A stretch of DNA of 64,000 nucleotides from Candidatus Buchananbacteria bacterium. Lineage in GTDB: Bacteria > Patescibacteriota > Patescibacteriia > Buchananbacterales > UBA6539. This document shows, piece by piece, positions 41,794 to 51,895 of the stretch (position 1 is the stretch's first letter; each line of letters starts with the position of its first letter). The notes beneath the pieces are model-generated. The model saw only the letters and a list, made by a program, of their open reading frames with translations, was not told where the DNA came from and made no database searches. The position numbers and the translations under genes are program-made. The stretch spans positions 48,783-112,782 of the forward strand of contig JABWCG010000003.1 in NCBI GenBank assembly GCA_013359225.1. The letters are read 5' to 3'.

Positions 41794-44313
41794 ATGCCCT
41801 CAAAAAAGAAACTTCCTATCAAACCAAAGCCGACTCTACACGACGACGCCGACACAAAAAACGATAACGGCGTTGGCCGGCTTGAAGCACGGCCGATTGT
41901 TGAAGAAATGCAGCAATCATACCTCGACTATGCGATGTCGGTGATTGTTGCCCGCGCCCTGCCTGATGTTCGTGATGGCTTAAAGCCGGTTCACCGCCGC
42001 ATTCTCTATGCAATGTGGAGCATTGGTCTACGACCAAGTGCTAAATTCCGCAAATCCGCTACGGTCGTCGGAGAAGTGCTTGGTAAATACCATCCGCACG
42101 GCGACGCTGCGGTCTATGACTCAATGGTGCGTATGGCGCAAGATTTTTCGTTACGCTATCCGCTCGTCAACGGTCAAGGTAACTTCGGCTCAATGGACGG
42201 CGATGGCGCAGCGGCCATGCGTTACACTGAGGCAAAGTTAGCCAAAGTTTCCGAAGAACTACTGGTTGATATTGAAAAAGATACTGTTAACTTCAGCCCT
42301 AATTACGACGGCTCACAAAAAGAACCAAACGTCCTGCCTGCCAAACTGCCAAACCTCTTAATCAACGGCACTATGGGTATCGCTGTTGGTATGGCCACCA
42401 GTATCGCCCCTCATAACTTGGGCGAAATTGTTGACGGCACTGTTCATCTGATCGAAAATCCCGATGCCACCGTTGATGATTTAATGAAATTCATTAAGGG
42501 TCCGGATTTTCCGACCGGCGGTATCATTTTTGATGTCAACGAACTCAGACAAATGTACGCCACCGGCAAAGGCGGGGTAGTGGTTCGGGCAAAGACTGAA
42601 ATTATTGAAGGCAAAGGCGAGACATTTAAGATTATTGTTTCGGAAGTGCCGTACCAAATTAACAAGGCAACCTTATTGGAAAAAATTGCCACGCTTGTCA
42701 AAGATAAAAAAATTGAGGGCATTAAAGATTTACGTGATGAATCAAACAAAGAAGGGGTTCGAATTGTCATTGAACTTAAAAAAGAATCATACCCGAAAAA
42801 AGTTTTAAATACTCTGTTTAAACTGACTGAGCTGCAAACAACTTTTCACTCAAACATGTTGGCCTTAGTCGACGGCATTCAACCCCGCGTTCTGACCTTA
42901 AAAATGATTTTGGAGGAATACCTAAAACATCGTCAGGAAGTGATTCGCCGCCGGACCGAATATGACCTCGCGAAAGCCAAAGATCGAGCCCATATTCTTG
43001 AGGGTTTAAAATTAGCCCTGGTAAAAATTGACGCTATTATCAAAACCATCAAAGAATCTAAAGATAAAGACGTTGCGAAAATTAACTTGATCAAAAAATT
43101 CAAGCTCTCCGATCGACAAGCAGTCGCTATTTTAGAAATGCGCTTGCAGCAATTAGCCAACCTTGAACGATTAAAAGTTGAACAAGAATTAAAAGAAAAG
43201 CTCGCTTTAATTAAAGAGCTAGAATCAATTTTGAAATCCGCAAAAAGAATTCTTGATATCATCAAAACCGAATTATTAGACATTAAGCAAAAATATAATA
43301 ACGACCGCCGAACCCAAATTGTCGCCCACGGTATCAAGAGCTTCTCAACCGAAGATTTGATCCCCAACGAAGATACAATTGTTACCTTGACCAAGGACGG
43401 TTACATCAAGCGCTTGCCGCCTGACACTTTCCGCACTCAAAGCCGCGGCGGTAAAGGCGTAACCGGATTAACCACCAAAGAAGAAGATATCGTTGAACAG
43501 TTCTTCGTGACTACCACTCACTCAGATATTTTATTCTTTACCACTCAAGGCAGAGTTTTCCAACTCAAAGCCTACGACATTCCCAAGGGTTCACGAACAG
43601 CCAAGGGCCAGGCGATTGTTAATTTTCTGCAACTGGCTCCCAACGAAAAAGTTTCAGCCGCCTTACCGCTCAGCGAACTAGGTGACTACAAATTCTTAAT
43701 GATGGTGACTAAAAAAGGAAACATCAAGAAAGTCGATATTAGTGACTTTGATAATATCCGCCGTTCCGGATTAATCGCCATTAAACTAAAGAAAGACGAC
43801 GAACTTGAATGGGTTAAGCCGTCCAGCGGCAAAGATGAAATTATTTTAGTCAGCGCCCAAGGCCAGGCGATTCGTTTCCGCGAATCACAGGTTCGGCCAA
43901 TGGGACGGGGGGCATCCGGCGTCCGGGGCATCCGGCTCAAGGGGTCTGACGTTGTGGTTAGTATGGACGTGGTTGACCCATCATTAAGCAAAGTCGGACA
44001 ACTGCTTACGATTATGGCCAACGGCTACGGCAAACGAAGCAGTCTGACTAACTATAAGACCCAAAGCCGCGGCGGTTCTGGTATTAAAACCGCTAAAATC
44101 ACGGCAAAAACCGGCGTCATAGTTTCCGCCACCATTGTTAACTCCAAAGCGGTTGAAGGCGACATTATCATTATTTCCGCCCGAGGCCAGGTTATCAGAC
44201 TACCTATGAAATCGGTTAATGTCTTGGGTCGCGCCACACAGGGGGTACGATTAATGAAGTTTAAAGACGACAAAGATCATGTTGCTTCAACAACCTTTGT
44301 CGAAATTGATTAA
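41794..44313 (+). CDS. gyrA: DNA gyrase subunit A
   Basis: [22 protein letters not shown], GyrA-box QSRGGKG. Confidence 0.99.
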   Translation: MPSKKKLPIKPKPTLHDDADTKNDNGVGRLEARPIVEEMQQSYLDYAMSVIVARALPDVRDGLKPVHRRILYAMWSIGLRPSAKFRKSATVVGEVLGKYHPHGDAAVYDSMVRMAQDFSLRYPLVNGQGNFGSMDGDGAAAMRYTEAKLAKVSEELLVDIEKDTVNFSPNYDGSQKEPNVLPAKLPNLLINGTMGIAVGMATSIAPHNLGEIVDGTVHLIENPDATVDDLMKFIKGPDFPTGGIIFDVNELRQMYATGKGGVVVRAKTEIIEGKGETFKIIVSEVPYQINKATLLEKIATLVKDKKIEGIKDLRDESNKEGVRIVIELKKESYPKKVLNTLFKLTELQTTFHSNMLALVDGIQPRVLTLKMILEEYLKHRQEVIRRRTEYDLAKAKDRAHILEGLKLALVKIDAIIKTIKESKDKDVAKINLIKKFKLSDRQAVAILEMRLQQLANLERLKVEQELKEKLALIKELESILKSAKRILDIIKTELLDIKQKYNNDRRTQIVAHGIKSFSTEDLIPNEDTIVTLTKDGYIKRLPPDTFRTQSRGGKGVTGLTTKEEDIVEQFFVTTTHSDILFFTTQGRVFQLKAYDIPKGSRTAKGQAIVNFLQLAPNEKVSAALPLSELGDYKFLMMVTKKGNIKKVDISDFDNIRRSGLIAIKLKKDDELEWVKPSSGKDEIILVSAQGQAIRFRESQVRPMGRGASGVRGIRLKGSDVVVSMDVVDPSLSKVGQLLTIMANGYGKRSSLTNYKTQSRGGSGIKTAKITAKTGVIVSATIVNSKAVEGDIIIISARGQVIRLPMKSVNVLGRATQGVRLMKFKDDKDHVASTTFVEID

Positions 44314-44343
44314 AAATAATTTTTAAAGTACAATAATAATACT

Positions 44344-44547
44344 ATGCCAGTACCAGCCAAACGACGTTCAAGGTCTAAGGGCCGCAAGGGCCGAAGCCAT
44401 CTTGCACTAAAGTCAAAAAATTTGATTAAGTGTTCCAAGTGTGGCAAGCCTGCCATGCCGCACCGGGTTTGCCCGAATTGTGGCACATACCAGGGCCGAG
44501 AAATCGTCAAACCAAAAACTAAGAAGAAAAAGAAAGAAGCTAAATAA
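44344..44547 (+). CDS. rpmF: 50S ribosomal protein L32
   Basis: MPVPAKRRS, CSKCG..PHRVCPNCG. Confidence 0.96.
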   Translation: MPVPAKRRSRSKGRKGRSHLALKSKNLIKCSKCGKPAMPHRVCPNCGTYQGREIVKPKTKKKKKEAK

Positions 44548-44566
44548 TATTTAATTTATTTTAGCT

Positions 44567-45016
44567 ATGTCTAATCGCCACCTGGCACGGACCATTGCTT
44601 TGCAAACCCTTTATCAGTGGGATTTCAATAATTATCAATCCGATCAGATTGACGAAACTATCAGGCGCAATCTTAAAGAATTTGCGCCTCAGTTTAATGA
44701 TAACGGTTTTATTGAAAACCTGGTTAAAGGCGTGGTTAAAAACCAAAAAGAAATCGACGGTTTAATCACCAAATATGCTCCAGAGTGGCCCTTGGAGCAG
44801 ATTACCATGGTAGACCGCAACGTTTTACGAATTGGTATCCAAGAAATGAAATATGATGATGACATTCCGGAAAAAGTAGCGATCAACGAGGCCATCGAAC
44901 TGGCAAAAACATTTGGTGGGGAATCAAGCGGCAAATTCGTCAACGGCGTATTAGGCACCATTTATAAAGAAATTCTCAAAGATCAGCCTCAGCCAAAGGA
45001 GGAACCTAAATCATAA
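44567..45016 (+). CDS. nusB: Transcription antitermination factor NusB
   Basis: [31 protein letters not shown]. Confidence 0.97.
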   Translation: MSNRHLARTIALQTLYQWDFNNYQSDQIDETIRRNLKEFAPQFNDNGFIENLVKGVVKNQKEIDGLITKYAPEWPLEQITMVDRNVLRIGIQEMKYDDDIPEKVAINEAIELAKTFGGESSGKFVNGVLGTIYKEILKDQPQPKEEPKS

Positions 45017-45019
45017 GCC

Positions 45020-45074
45020 AGGTGGTGGGAAATTGTGATACTAAGTTTTTAGCGTCTCAATTTGCCAAACATCT
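45020..45074 (+). promoter_or_regulatory. Long imperfect stem-loop in the rnc leader (rncO-like)
   Basis: AGGTGGTGGGAAATTGTGATACTAAG can pair with TTAGCGTCTCAATTTGCCAAACATCT. Confidence 0.5.
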
Positions 45075-45086
45075 TCGTTAAAACTC

Positions 45087-45779
45087 ATGAAAGACCTATC
45101 ACGGCTAGAAAAAGACCTCAAAATCAAATTTCACAATCTTGATTTATTCACCCAGGCCTTTGTTCACCGCTCATACATTAATGAAAATCCAAACTTTCAT
45201 TTGGGACACAATGAACGTTTGGAATTTTTAGGCGATGCTGTCTTGGAGCTGGCCATCACCGAGCATCTATACCAAAATTACCCAAATCCGGAAGGAGAAC
45301 TGACCAACTGGCGAGCGAGTCTGGTAAATAGCCAAATGCTTTCAAAACTCGCCCAACAGCTCAATTTAGAAAAATACTTATACCTCAGCAAGGGTGAAGC
45401 CAAAGACACTAACAGTAAAGCTCGTAATTACATTTTGGCTAACTGCGTTGAAGCGCTAATTGGCGCAATCTACCTTGATTCCGGATATGCGGAAGCAAAA
45501 AAATTCGTGGATAAATTTTTCTTGCCAGAATTGCCGGCAATTTTGGAAAATAAGCTGTACCTGGACCCTAAAAGTAAATTCCAGGAAATCGCCCAGGAAA
45601 AAATGGGCATTACTCCTAGCTACAAAGTCTTAAAAGAAACCGGACCCGACCATAACAAGAAATTCCAGGTTGGAGTTTATTTGGGTGATGAACTAATAAC
45701 TACCAGCGTCGGCAGCAGCAAACAGGAAGCTCAGGTTAAGGCAGCGGCCAAGGGCTTAAAGAAAAAAAACTGGTCTTAA
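45087..45779 (+). CDS. rnc: Ribonuclease III
   Basis: NERLEFLGDAVL signature plus a dsRBD. Confidence 0.98.
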   Translation: MKDLSRLEKDLKIKFHNLDLFTQAFVHRSYINENPNFHLGHNERLEFLGDAVLELAITEHLYQNYPNPEGELTNWRASLVNSQMLSKLAQQLNLEKYLYLSKGEAKDTNSKARNYILANCVEALIGAIYLDSGYAEAKKFVDKFFLPELPAILENKLYLDPKSKFQEIAQEKMGITPSYKVLKETGPDHNKKFQVGVYLGDELITTSVGSSKQEAQVKAAAKGLKKKNWS

Positions 45780-45805
45780 ATTTTTCAATTATTAATTTTT
45801 AAAAT

Positions 45806-46849
45806 ATGAAAATAGACGATTTATTCAAAATCGCCGTTGAAAAAGGTGCCTCCGACCTGCACATTGTCGTTGGTATGCCCCCGATTTTGCGAATTGACGG
45901 CAACCTAACACCGATCAAAGGTGAAAACAAAATCACCAATAAAATCGCACAGGATTTAATCTTTCCAATGCTAACGGAAAAGCAAAAACAGATCTACGAT
46001 AAAGAAAAAGAGCTTGATCTGTCTTACGAAATCGAAAGCGGCCACCGGTTCCGCGTTAACCTTCATTGGGAAAAAGACAACTTTGGTTTGGTCGCCCGGG
46101 TTATTTCTTCCAAAATCCCCAGTATCCAGGATTTAAACATGCCGCCTATCACCACCAATCTGCTGAACATGAAGCAGGGATTAATTTTAGTCACCGGGCC
46201 AACTGGTTGCGGCAAATCAACGACCCTGGCAGCAATGGTTGAATACATTAATTCCACTCGCTCCTCACACATTGTTACCCTTGAAGATCCAATTGAGTTC
46301 TTGTTTAAATCAAACAAAAGCATCATCAAACAGCGCCAGCTTCACACCGACATGATTACTTTTGAGAGTGCCCTTGTCCATGTTTTGCGACAAGACCCAA
46401 ATGTCATCATGGTTGGTGAGATGCGCGACCTAAAAACAATTGCCGCAACTATCACCCTGGCAGAAACCGGCCACTTGGTCTTAGCAACTTTGCACACCCA
46501 CAATGCGGCACAAACCATTGACCGTATTATTGATATTTTTCCACCTCACCAGCAACAGCAAATTCGCTTGCAGGTTTCTATGACGTTAAATGCCATTATC
46601 TCTCAGCAGCTTATTCCAAAAGAAGGTGGTGGTCGCGTCGCCACGCGTGAGGTCTTGCTCAATATTCCGTCTATTTCCAACCTGATTCGAGAAAATAAAA
46701 TCGCTCAGATCAGAACGGTCTTACAAACCAGTGCCGAAGAGGGGATGATCACCATGGACCAAGATCTTATCAATCTGTTCAACGAAGGCTTAATTTCCAA
46801 AGAAACGGCTCAGGGACATATGCTAAACCCTGAAATGTTAAACGCCTAA
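45806..46849 (+). CDS. pilT: Type IV pilus retraction ATPase
   Basis: ASDLH, GPTGCGKS, EDPIE, LRQDP, GEMRD, TLHT, ISNLIRE (AIRNLIRE-like). Confidence 0.95.
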   Translation: MKIDDLFKIAVEKGASDLHIVVGMPPILRIDGNLTPIKGENKITNKIAQDLIFPMLTEKQKQIYDKEKELDLSYEIESGHRFRVNLHWEKDNFGLVARVISSKIPSIQDLNMPPITTNLLNMKQGLILVTGPTGCGKSTTLAAMVEYINSTRSSHIVTLEDPIEFLFKSNKSIIKQRQLHTDMITFESALVHVLRQDPNVIMVGEMRDLKTIAATITLAETGHLVLATLHTHNAAQTIDRIIDIFPPHQQQQIRLQVSMTLNAIISQQLIPKEGGGRVATREVLLNIPSISNLIRENKIAQIRTVLQTSAEEGMITMDQDLINLFNEGLISKETAQGHMLNPEMLNA

Positions 46850-46900
46850 AATTAAAAGCCGCCTGTATAGCTTATACTCCAGGCGGTTTTTTAATTAGTG

Positions 46901-47530
46901 CTACTTTTGAGGTTTGAAATAGCGATCAATTGCTAGTACTAAATCATCGGGGTGTTCAACCATTGTCTGATACACCTGGTCGGCAAAATACTCTTTAGGA
47001 TGAAAACCCCAGGTCACGGCTACAGCCGCAATGTTCGCCTTTGCCGCTTCACGTAAATCACCAACGGTATCAGTAACAAATAGACAATCCGGCCCAGTAA
47101 CGCCATATTCTGTCAGCACCATATTCATCTTCTCCACTTTACTGCGATGCACATCAGCGCCATATACTTTGTCAAACAAATGATGAATATTATGTAATTC
47201 CAGATACGAATGAATCGGGCTGGTGATTGAAGACGAAACCACGACCAAGGCATAGCGCTGGCCCAGTGCCGTTAATGCCTCAACCATCCCGGGAATAACT
47301 GGCAGGGTTAAAAGTTTTTTAGTGTATAAATTAAACCATTCGTCCTGATCAGTCACCTTGTTATTGCTGTCTTTATGGTGATCATCAACCGAATCATAGA
47401 TATTGCCCAAAAACATCTTGCGGTAATAATCGCGGTCAAATCCCAACTCAAGCTCCTCAACAATTGAATATGCTGCTTCAAAACTGTCAACTATTACCCC
47501 GTCAAAATCAAATAAAATAACCTTTTTCAT
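46901..47530 (-). CDS. HAD-family hydrolase
   Basis: FDFDGVIVDS, VSS, K, TDTVGD, VTWG. Confidence 0.9.
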   Translation of the reverse strand: MKKVILFDFDGVIVDSFEAAYSIVEELELGFDRDYYRKMFLGNIYDSVDDHHKDSNNKVTDQDEWFNLYTKKLLTLPVIPGMVEALTALGQRYALVVVSSSITSPIHSYLELHNIHHLFDKVYGADVHRSKVEKMNMVLTEYGVTGPDCLFVTDTVGDLREAAKANIAAVAVTWGFHPKEYFADQVYQTMVEHPDDLVLAIDRYFKPQK

Positions 47531-47692
47531 AGGTAATCATTATAACAATTTTAAATCGTCTGGCAAACTGCTTAAATTCCCAAGCAGTATATTTGGGGTT
47601 GATTTTTTTAAAGAATCATGATATGTTATTTGAGTTACAAATTATTCAGACACACCAGTGTAGCTTAACAAGGTGGCCCCGCCTTTTTCCCT

Positions 47693-47766
47693 GCGCCCGT
47701 AGCTCAATCGGATAGAGCGTTTGGCTTCGGACCAAAAGGTTAAAGGTTCGAGTCCTTTCGGGCGCG
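47693..47766 (+). tRNA. tRNA-Arg (anticodon UCG), no encoded CCA
   Basis: Acceptor GCGCCCG/CGGGCGC; anticodon arm TTTGG-CTTCGGA-CCAAA; T-loop GGTTCGAGTCC. Confidence 0.95.
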
Positions 47767-47821
47767 TGGAAAGAGGCTGGGCTCAGCCTGGGGTTAAAGA
47801 TAAACCCAGCTAACTTGGTAG

Positions 47822-47897
47822 GGGCGCATAGCTCAGTTGGTAGAGCAACTCCCTCTTAAGGAGATGGTCGAGGGTTCGAATCCCCCTGCGCCCACCA
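47822..47897 (+). tRNA. tRNA-Lys (anticodon CUU)
   Basis: Acceptor GGGCGCA/TGCGCCC; CTCC-CTCTTAA-GGAG; GGTTCGAATCC; encoded CCA. Confidence 0.96.
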
Positions 47898-47939
47898 AAT
47901 CAAATCGCCAGACCGGCGATTTTTTGATATCATAAAAAC

Positions 47940-48494
47940 ATGGATACCAAAAAAAGTATATTAAAATTTATTTTTGTCGGTTATCTTTTTGCCCAAGTTA
48001 TTGAATTCCAGTTTAATATTCTAATCACCGGCAACATTGGCAATTGGATTTTTACGCTTTTATTCTACCCACTGTTGCTAACTCTAGCTTATTACTCAAC
48101 TAAGCTCATTAATAACATTCAAAACAAACAGCTAGGAAATTTCTTATATTTCCTTTTTTGGTCATGTTTCGGACTTTTTATTATGGAGTGGACGATTATT
48201 GGTAATTCACCCTGGAGCAACCCCGACGCTAACCAACTTGGTATGTTTTCCTTTTGGGCCGCGGTATTTATGATGCCTAAAATTTTTACCGATAAAAACG
48301 AACATCTCAAAAATTTAAAGAAAAATATTACTTACTATTTTGTAGCATACGCTCTAATCACAACTCCGCTAGGGCTGGTGCTGCCTCAAAATTTAAGACT
48401 GTTTGTACTAGTTTGGTTTGAAATTATCGGCTATACGGCCATGCATCTTTTTTATTTTTCTTACCTTAAAAATTATTCCATATCCACTAAATAA
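47940..48494 (+). CDS. Multi-pass membrane protein
   Basis: Six hydrophobic segments; AT-rich. Confidence 0.75.
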   Translation: MDTKKSILKFIFVGYLFAQVIEFQFNILITGNIGNWIFTLLFYPLLLTLAYYSTKLINNIQNKQLGNFLYFLFWSCFGLFIMEWTIIGNSPWSNPDANQLGMFSFWAAVFMMPKIFTDKNEHLKNLKKNITYYFVAYALITTPLGLVLPQNLRLFVLVWFEIIGYTAMHLFYFSYLKNYSISTK

Positions 48495-48499
48495 ACAAC

Positions 48500-49003
48500 A
48501 TGTCACTTACTAAAAAATTAATCACACTTGGCGTCATTATCGCTTTAGTGTTGCTACTAGGGCTGGTTCTAATGTGGGCCGCAAACGAAAAAATACTGTC
48601 GTGTAAAAACGACGCATGTACCCAAGACATCAGGTTTGTCTGCCACAATAACGGCGAAACAAAAATGGTTCCTGGGGCATGTACCTGTGGTAAAGATTAC
48701 AGCTACTACCTCGACCATGGCTGGTACAATTGTGGCGATAAAACGACATACCCTAAAACAGCGTTACGCGAAGAACAAATAAAACTGGCCATTGAGCGCG
48801 CTAGGTATTGTAATGTCAAAGAAGACTGCGTCATCATCAATTCAAAATGTCCATTCGGTTGTTCAATCGCGATAAACAAAGACCAGGCCGAAACGATAAC
48901 CGGCTTAATCGAAAACTTTGATTCTGATTGTGTATATGATTGTCTCGCTGCTAAAGATTTTGATTGTGTCAATAATCAATGCGTCGTCATCCAACCATAT
49001 TAA
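48500..49003 (+). CDS. Membrane-anchored Cys-rich extracellular protein
   Basis: N-terminal TM segment and 14 Cys (YCNVKEDC...CPFGC...CVYDC...CVNNQC). Confidence 0.75.
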   Translation: MSLTKKLITLGVIIALVLLLGLVLMWAANEKILSCKNDACTQDIRFVCHNNGETKMVPGACTCGKDYSYYLDHGWYNCGDKTTYPKTALREEQIKLAIERARYCNVKEDCVIINSKCPFGCSIAINKDQAETITGLIENFDSDCVYDCLAAKDFDCVNNQCVVIQPY

Positions 49004-49067
49004 AATTCTTTCCTTGTGTAATATTTTCTAGTATAATTGGTAAACAATAAATTAAAACAATCATAAA

Positions 49068-50282
49068 ATGAAAAAAGTTTTAGTACTACTAACGTTATTA
49101 TCATTGCTTTACCCGAGCTGGTCGCAGGCGGCACAAACCGAAAAATTAAATGAAGCCCTCAAGGGCCGAATTCTGCTCCAGGTAGAAAGCTACGGCCGCG
49201 CCTGGTACGTCGACCCTGTTACGCTGGAGCGCTACTACCTCAAAGACGGCTACACCGCATACACCATTATGCGTCAAATGAGCCTCGGTATCACTAACAA
49301 AGATCTGGCTAAAATTCCCACTAAACGGGGGCAAAAGGCCGATAGCAAGCTCGTTAATCGCCTCAAGGGCCGAATTCTGCTCCAGGTAGAAAAAAATGGT
49401 GAGGCGTGGTACGTCAACCCCGTTGATGGTCTGCGTTACTATCTCCAAAACGGCGAAGCCGCCTATGAACTAATGAGGGAATTTTCGCTTGGCATTAGCA
49501 ACGAAAACCTTGCCACTATTCCTATGAACACCAAACAGATTGTTCACGACACCTGTTTTAATGACGTTGCACATGTTAAATATGACGGTAAAACTTTTTC
49601 CGGCGAATATAATGCCGATCAAATTTTACCATTAGCCTCACTCAGCAAACTAATGACCGCTTTAGTGCTGCTTGATTTGGATCCCGACTGGAACAAAATC
49701 ATTACTATTACTGCTGATCAAATCAAATATCCAACACTATATGTTGGCAATGACACCACCAGCGAAATTGATCTGGCAGTCGGCGATACCATGACTATTA
49801 ACGATTTGTGGATTGCCATGCTAGTAGCCTCATCCAATCAGGCCGCCGCAACATTGGTTGACACCACCGGCCTAACCAGATCAGAATTCGTTTCTTTAAT
49901 GAATAAAAAAGCACAGGAACTCGGATTAACCAAAACTGTTTTTTATGATGTTGCCGGACTTGACTCTCATAATGTCACCACCGCCAAAGAAATGGCAAGA
50001 ATCGCTCATGAAGCTTTTTCAAAACCAGAAATTGTTACAGCAGGAGAAAATAAAAACTACACAATTAACGCAACGTCCGCAACCGGTCAGGCTAAACAAA
50101 TAAAAGTTCTCGACCGCAATTACAGCCTTGGTAAATTTAACCCTGAGGCGTCAAAAACCGGATTTTTAGTTGAAGCCCAGCGAACTGTAGCAATTAAAAA
50201 AGACGGCCAAATTATTGTCGTCATGCATGCTTTATCCATGTCTCAACGAAACAGCGCTATTGAAAAGTTGCTTGCGTTATAA
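49068..50282 (+). CDS. S11-family D-Ala-D-Ala carboxypeptidase/endopeptidase with two N-terminal GRILLQVE repeats
   Basis: SxxK (ASLSK), SxN (SSN), KTG; signal peptide. Confidence 0.9.
   Translation: MKKVLVLLTLLSLLYPSWSQAAQTEKLNEALKGRILLQVESYGRAWYVDPVTLERYYLKDGYTAYTIMRQMSLGITNKDLAKIPTKRGQKADSKLVNRLKGRILLQVEKNGEAWYVNPVDGLRYYLQNGEAAYELMREFSLGISNENLATIPMNTKQIVHDTCFNDVAHVKYDGKTFSGEYNADQILPLASLSKLMTALVLLDLDPDWNKIITITADQIKYPTLYVGNDTTSEIDLAVGDTMTINDLWIAMLVASSNQAAATLVDTTGLTRSEFVSLMNKKAQELGLTKTVFYDVAGLDSHNVTTAKEMARIAHEAFSKPEIVTAGENKNYTINATSATGQAKQIKVLDRNYSLGKFNPEASKTGFLVEAQRTVAIKKDGQIIVVMHALSMSQRNSAIEKLLAL
49157..49392 (+). repeat. 32-bp identical direct repeat within a 204-nt (68-aa) tandem domain duplication
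   Basis: CCTCAAGGGCCGAATTCTGCTCCAGGTAGAAA at 49157-49188 and 49361-49392. Confidence 0.9.
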
Positions 50283-50306
50283 AGTGGAGACCACTATACT
50301 TAAGAT

Positions 50307-50702
50307 ATGACGGAGATTAATAAAACATTTAAAATCTACGGCGACAATGAAGGAGTCCTCTATTTGGATTTTTTAGAAAATGTTCAGGACGTTGCTTCAA
50401 ACGTTTCGCAAGCCGAAGGCATTAATCAAAAATTAAATCAAATTTTTTCCGATCATCCGGAAAAAAAATTTAAGTTGTTGGTTGACCTGAGTTTAGTCAG
50501 TCAATCAGCCCACTATCCATCACCCCGCGCCCGAGCGATTTTTGCGGAAATGGCAGGTAAAGAGCAGCTTGAACGGATAGCGGTCGTTGCGCCGAATACT
50601 CTAAGCCGGGCCATTATGGGCTTTGTTATTCGAGCGGCTAATGCTAAAAAACCGATAAAATTTTTTAGTACCAGAGCCGACGCTTCAGCTTGGTTAAAAT
50701 AA
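50307..50702 (+). CDS. STAS/SEC14 (SpoIIAA-like) domain protein
   Basis: LLVDLS...SPRARA...RIAVV...KFF..RADASAWL. Confidence 0.8.
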   Translation: MTEINKTFKIYGDNEGVLYLDFLENVQDVASNVSQAEGINQKLNQIFSDHPEKKFKLLVDLSLVSQSAHYPSPRARAIFAEMAGKEQLERIAVVAPNTLSRAIMGFVIRAANAKKPIKFFSTRADASAWLK

Positions 50703-50748
50703 AACATACCCCGCATAATATACGGGGTATGTTTTTTATTTAAAAATT

Positions 50749-51027
50749 TTAACTCTTCAAGGCTTCCTTAAGATTCTTACCGGCTTTAAATTTTGGGACG
50801 GTAACTGAAGGAATATCAATTTTTTCGGAAGGGTTACGGGGATTAACGCCAACTCGTCCTTTGCGAGTTCTGGCAGAAAAAGCACCAAAGCCGGTCAACG
50901 TTACCTCCTGACCTTCTTTCAGTTTGCCAATAATAGTATCAAGCATAACATCAATCACATCTTCTGTTTCTTTTTTTGAAACACCGACTTTCTCTGAGAT
51001 TGCTTCAATTAACTCGGCTTTATTCAT
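50749..51027 (-). CDS. hup: DNA-binding protein HU
   Basis: MNKAELI, GFGAF, GVNPR, PKFKAGK; GGAG SD before the ATG at 51027. Confidence 0.96.
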   Translation of the reverse strand: MNKAELIEAISEKVGVSKKETEDVIDVMLDTIIGKLKEGQEVTLTGFGAFSARTRKGRVGVNPRNPSEKIDIPSVTVPKFKAGKNLKEALKS

Positions 51028-51099
51028 TTTGATATTCTCCTTGTGTGCCACTCCCTGGATGCTAGGTGGCGTTAGTATTTTTTAGATAATAATAGTTTA

Positions 51100-51894
51100 C
51101 TATACCCTAATTGTTCTGTCTAGACGCTCAAACGAAATCGCTTGCCGGGTGCGTGGATCAACTTCAACCAATACGGCGCCGACAAAAACTTCTCCTTCTT
51201 CAGGGATATCAAGTTGCATCGGCAGCTGATGTAAAAATGAATTGATAATCGGCTCTTTCTTGTCGCCGATGATTGAATCCGTTGCGCCGACCATCCCGAC
51301 ATCTGAGACAAATGCCGTGCCTCCCGGCAAGATTCTGGCGTCAGCGGTCGGCACATGTGTATGTGTTCCCAAAACAGCCGAAACCCGACCATCAGCGTAC
51401 CAGCCCATTGCTCCTTTTTCCGAAGTTGCCTCAGCGTGAAAATCAAGAATAATCGCCGACAATGACTCAACTTTAACCTGCTGTAAAATTTCGTCTAGCT
51501 TACGAAACGGACAATCAAAATCACGCTTCATAAACACTCGGCCAATCAAATTTATAATCAGCACCTTGCGTGAACCAACTTCAATAACTCGATATCCAAC
51601 ACCACGAACGCCAGCCGGATAATTAGCCGGACGAATAATTACCGGCTTAGTCGCTGAAACTAAATTTACACCGTCAGGTTTGTCAAAAATGTGGTCGCCT
51701 GAAGTAAAGAAGTCAATACCAGCTTCTTGCAATTCCCGAATAATATTTTCAGTGACACCAATACCATGAGCAGCATTTTCAGCGTTAGCAATTACTAAAT
51801 CGGGGGAGTACTCTTCCTTGAGTTTTGGCAAAACCTCTTTGATCGCCCGACGACTAATCTTGCCGACGATGTCACCAAAAAATAATATCTTCAT
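51100..51894 (-). CDS. ymdB: YmdB/TIGR00282 metallophosphoesterase
   Basis: GDIVG, NAENAA, RPANYP, DFHAEATSEK, GTHTH; follows rny. Confidence 0.93.
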   Translation of the reverse strand: MKILFFGDIVGKISRRAIKEVLPKLKEEYSPDLVIANAENAAHGIGVTENIIRELQEAGIDFFTSGDHIFDKPDGVNLVSATKPVIIRPANYPAGVRGVGYRVIEVGSRKVLIINLIGRVFMKRDFDCPFRKLDEILQQVKVESLSAIILDFHAEATSEKGAMGWYADGRVSAVLGTHTHVPTADARILPGGTAFVSDVGMVGATDSIIGDKKEPIINSFLHQLPMQLDIPEEGEVFVGAVLVEVDPRTRQAISFERLDRTIRV

Positions 51895-51895
51895 A

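Noticed and set aside
47898-49003. Possible integrated element after tRNA-Lys
   Set aside because: No integrase and no duplicated tRNA 3' end was seen.
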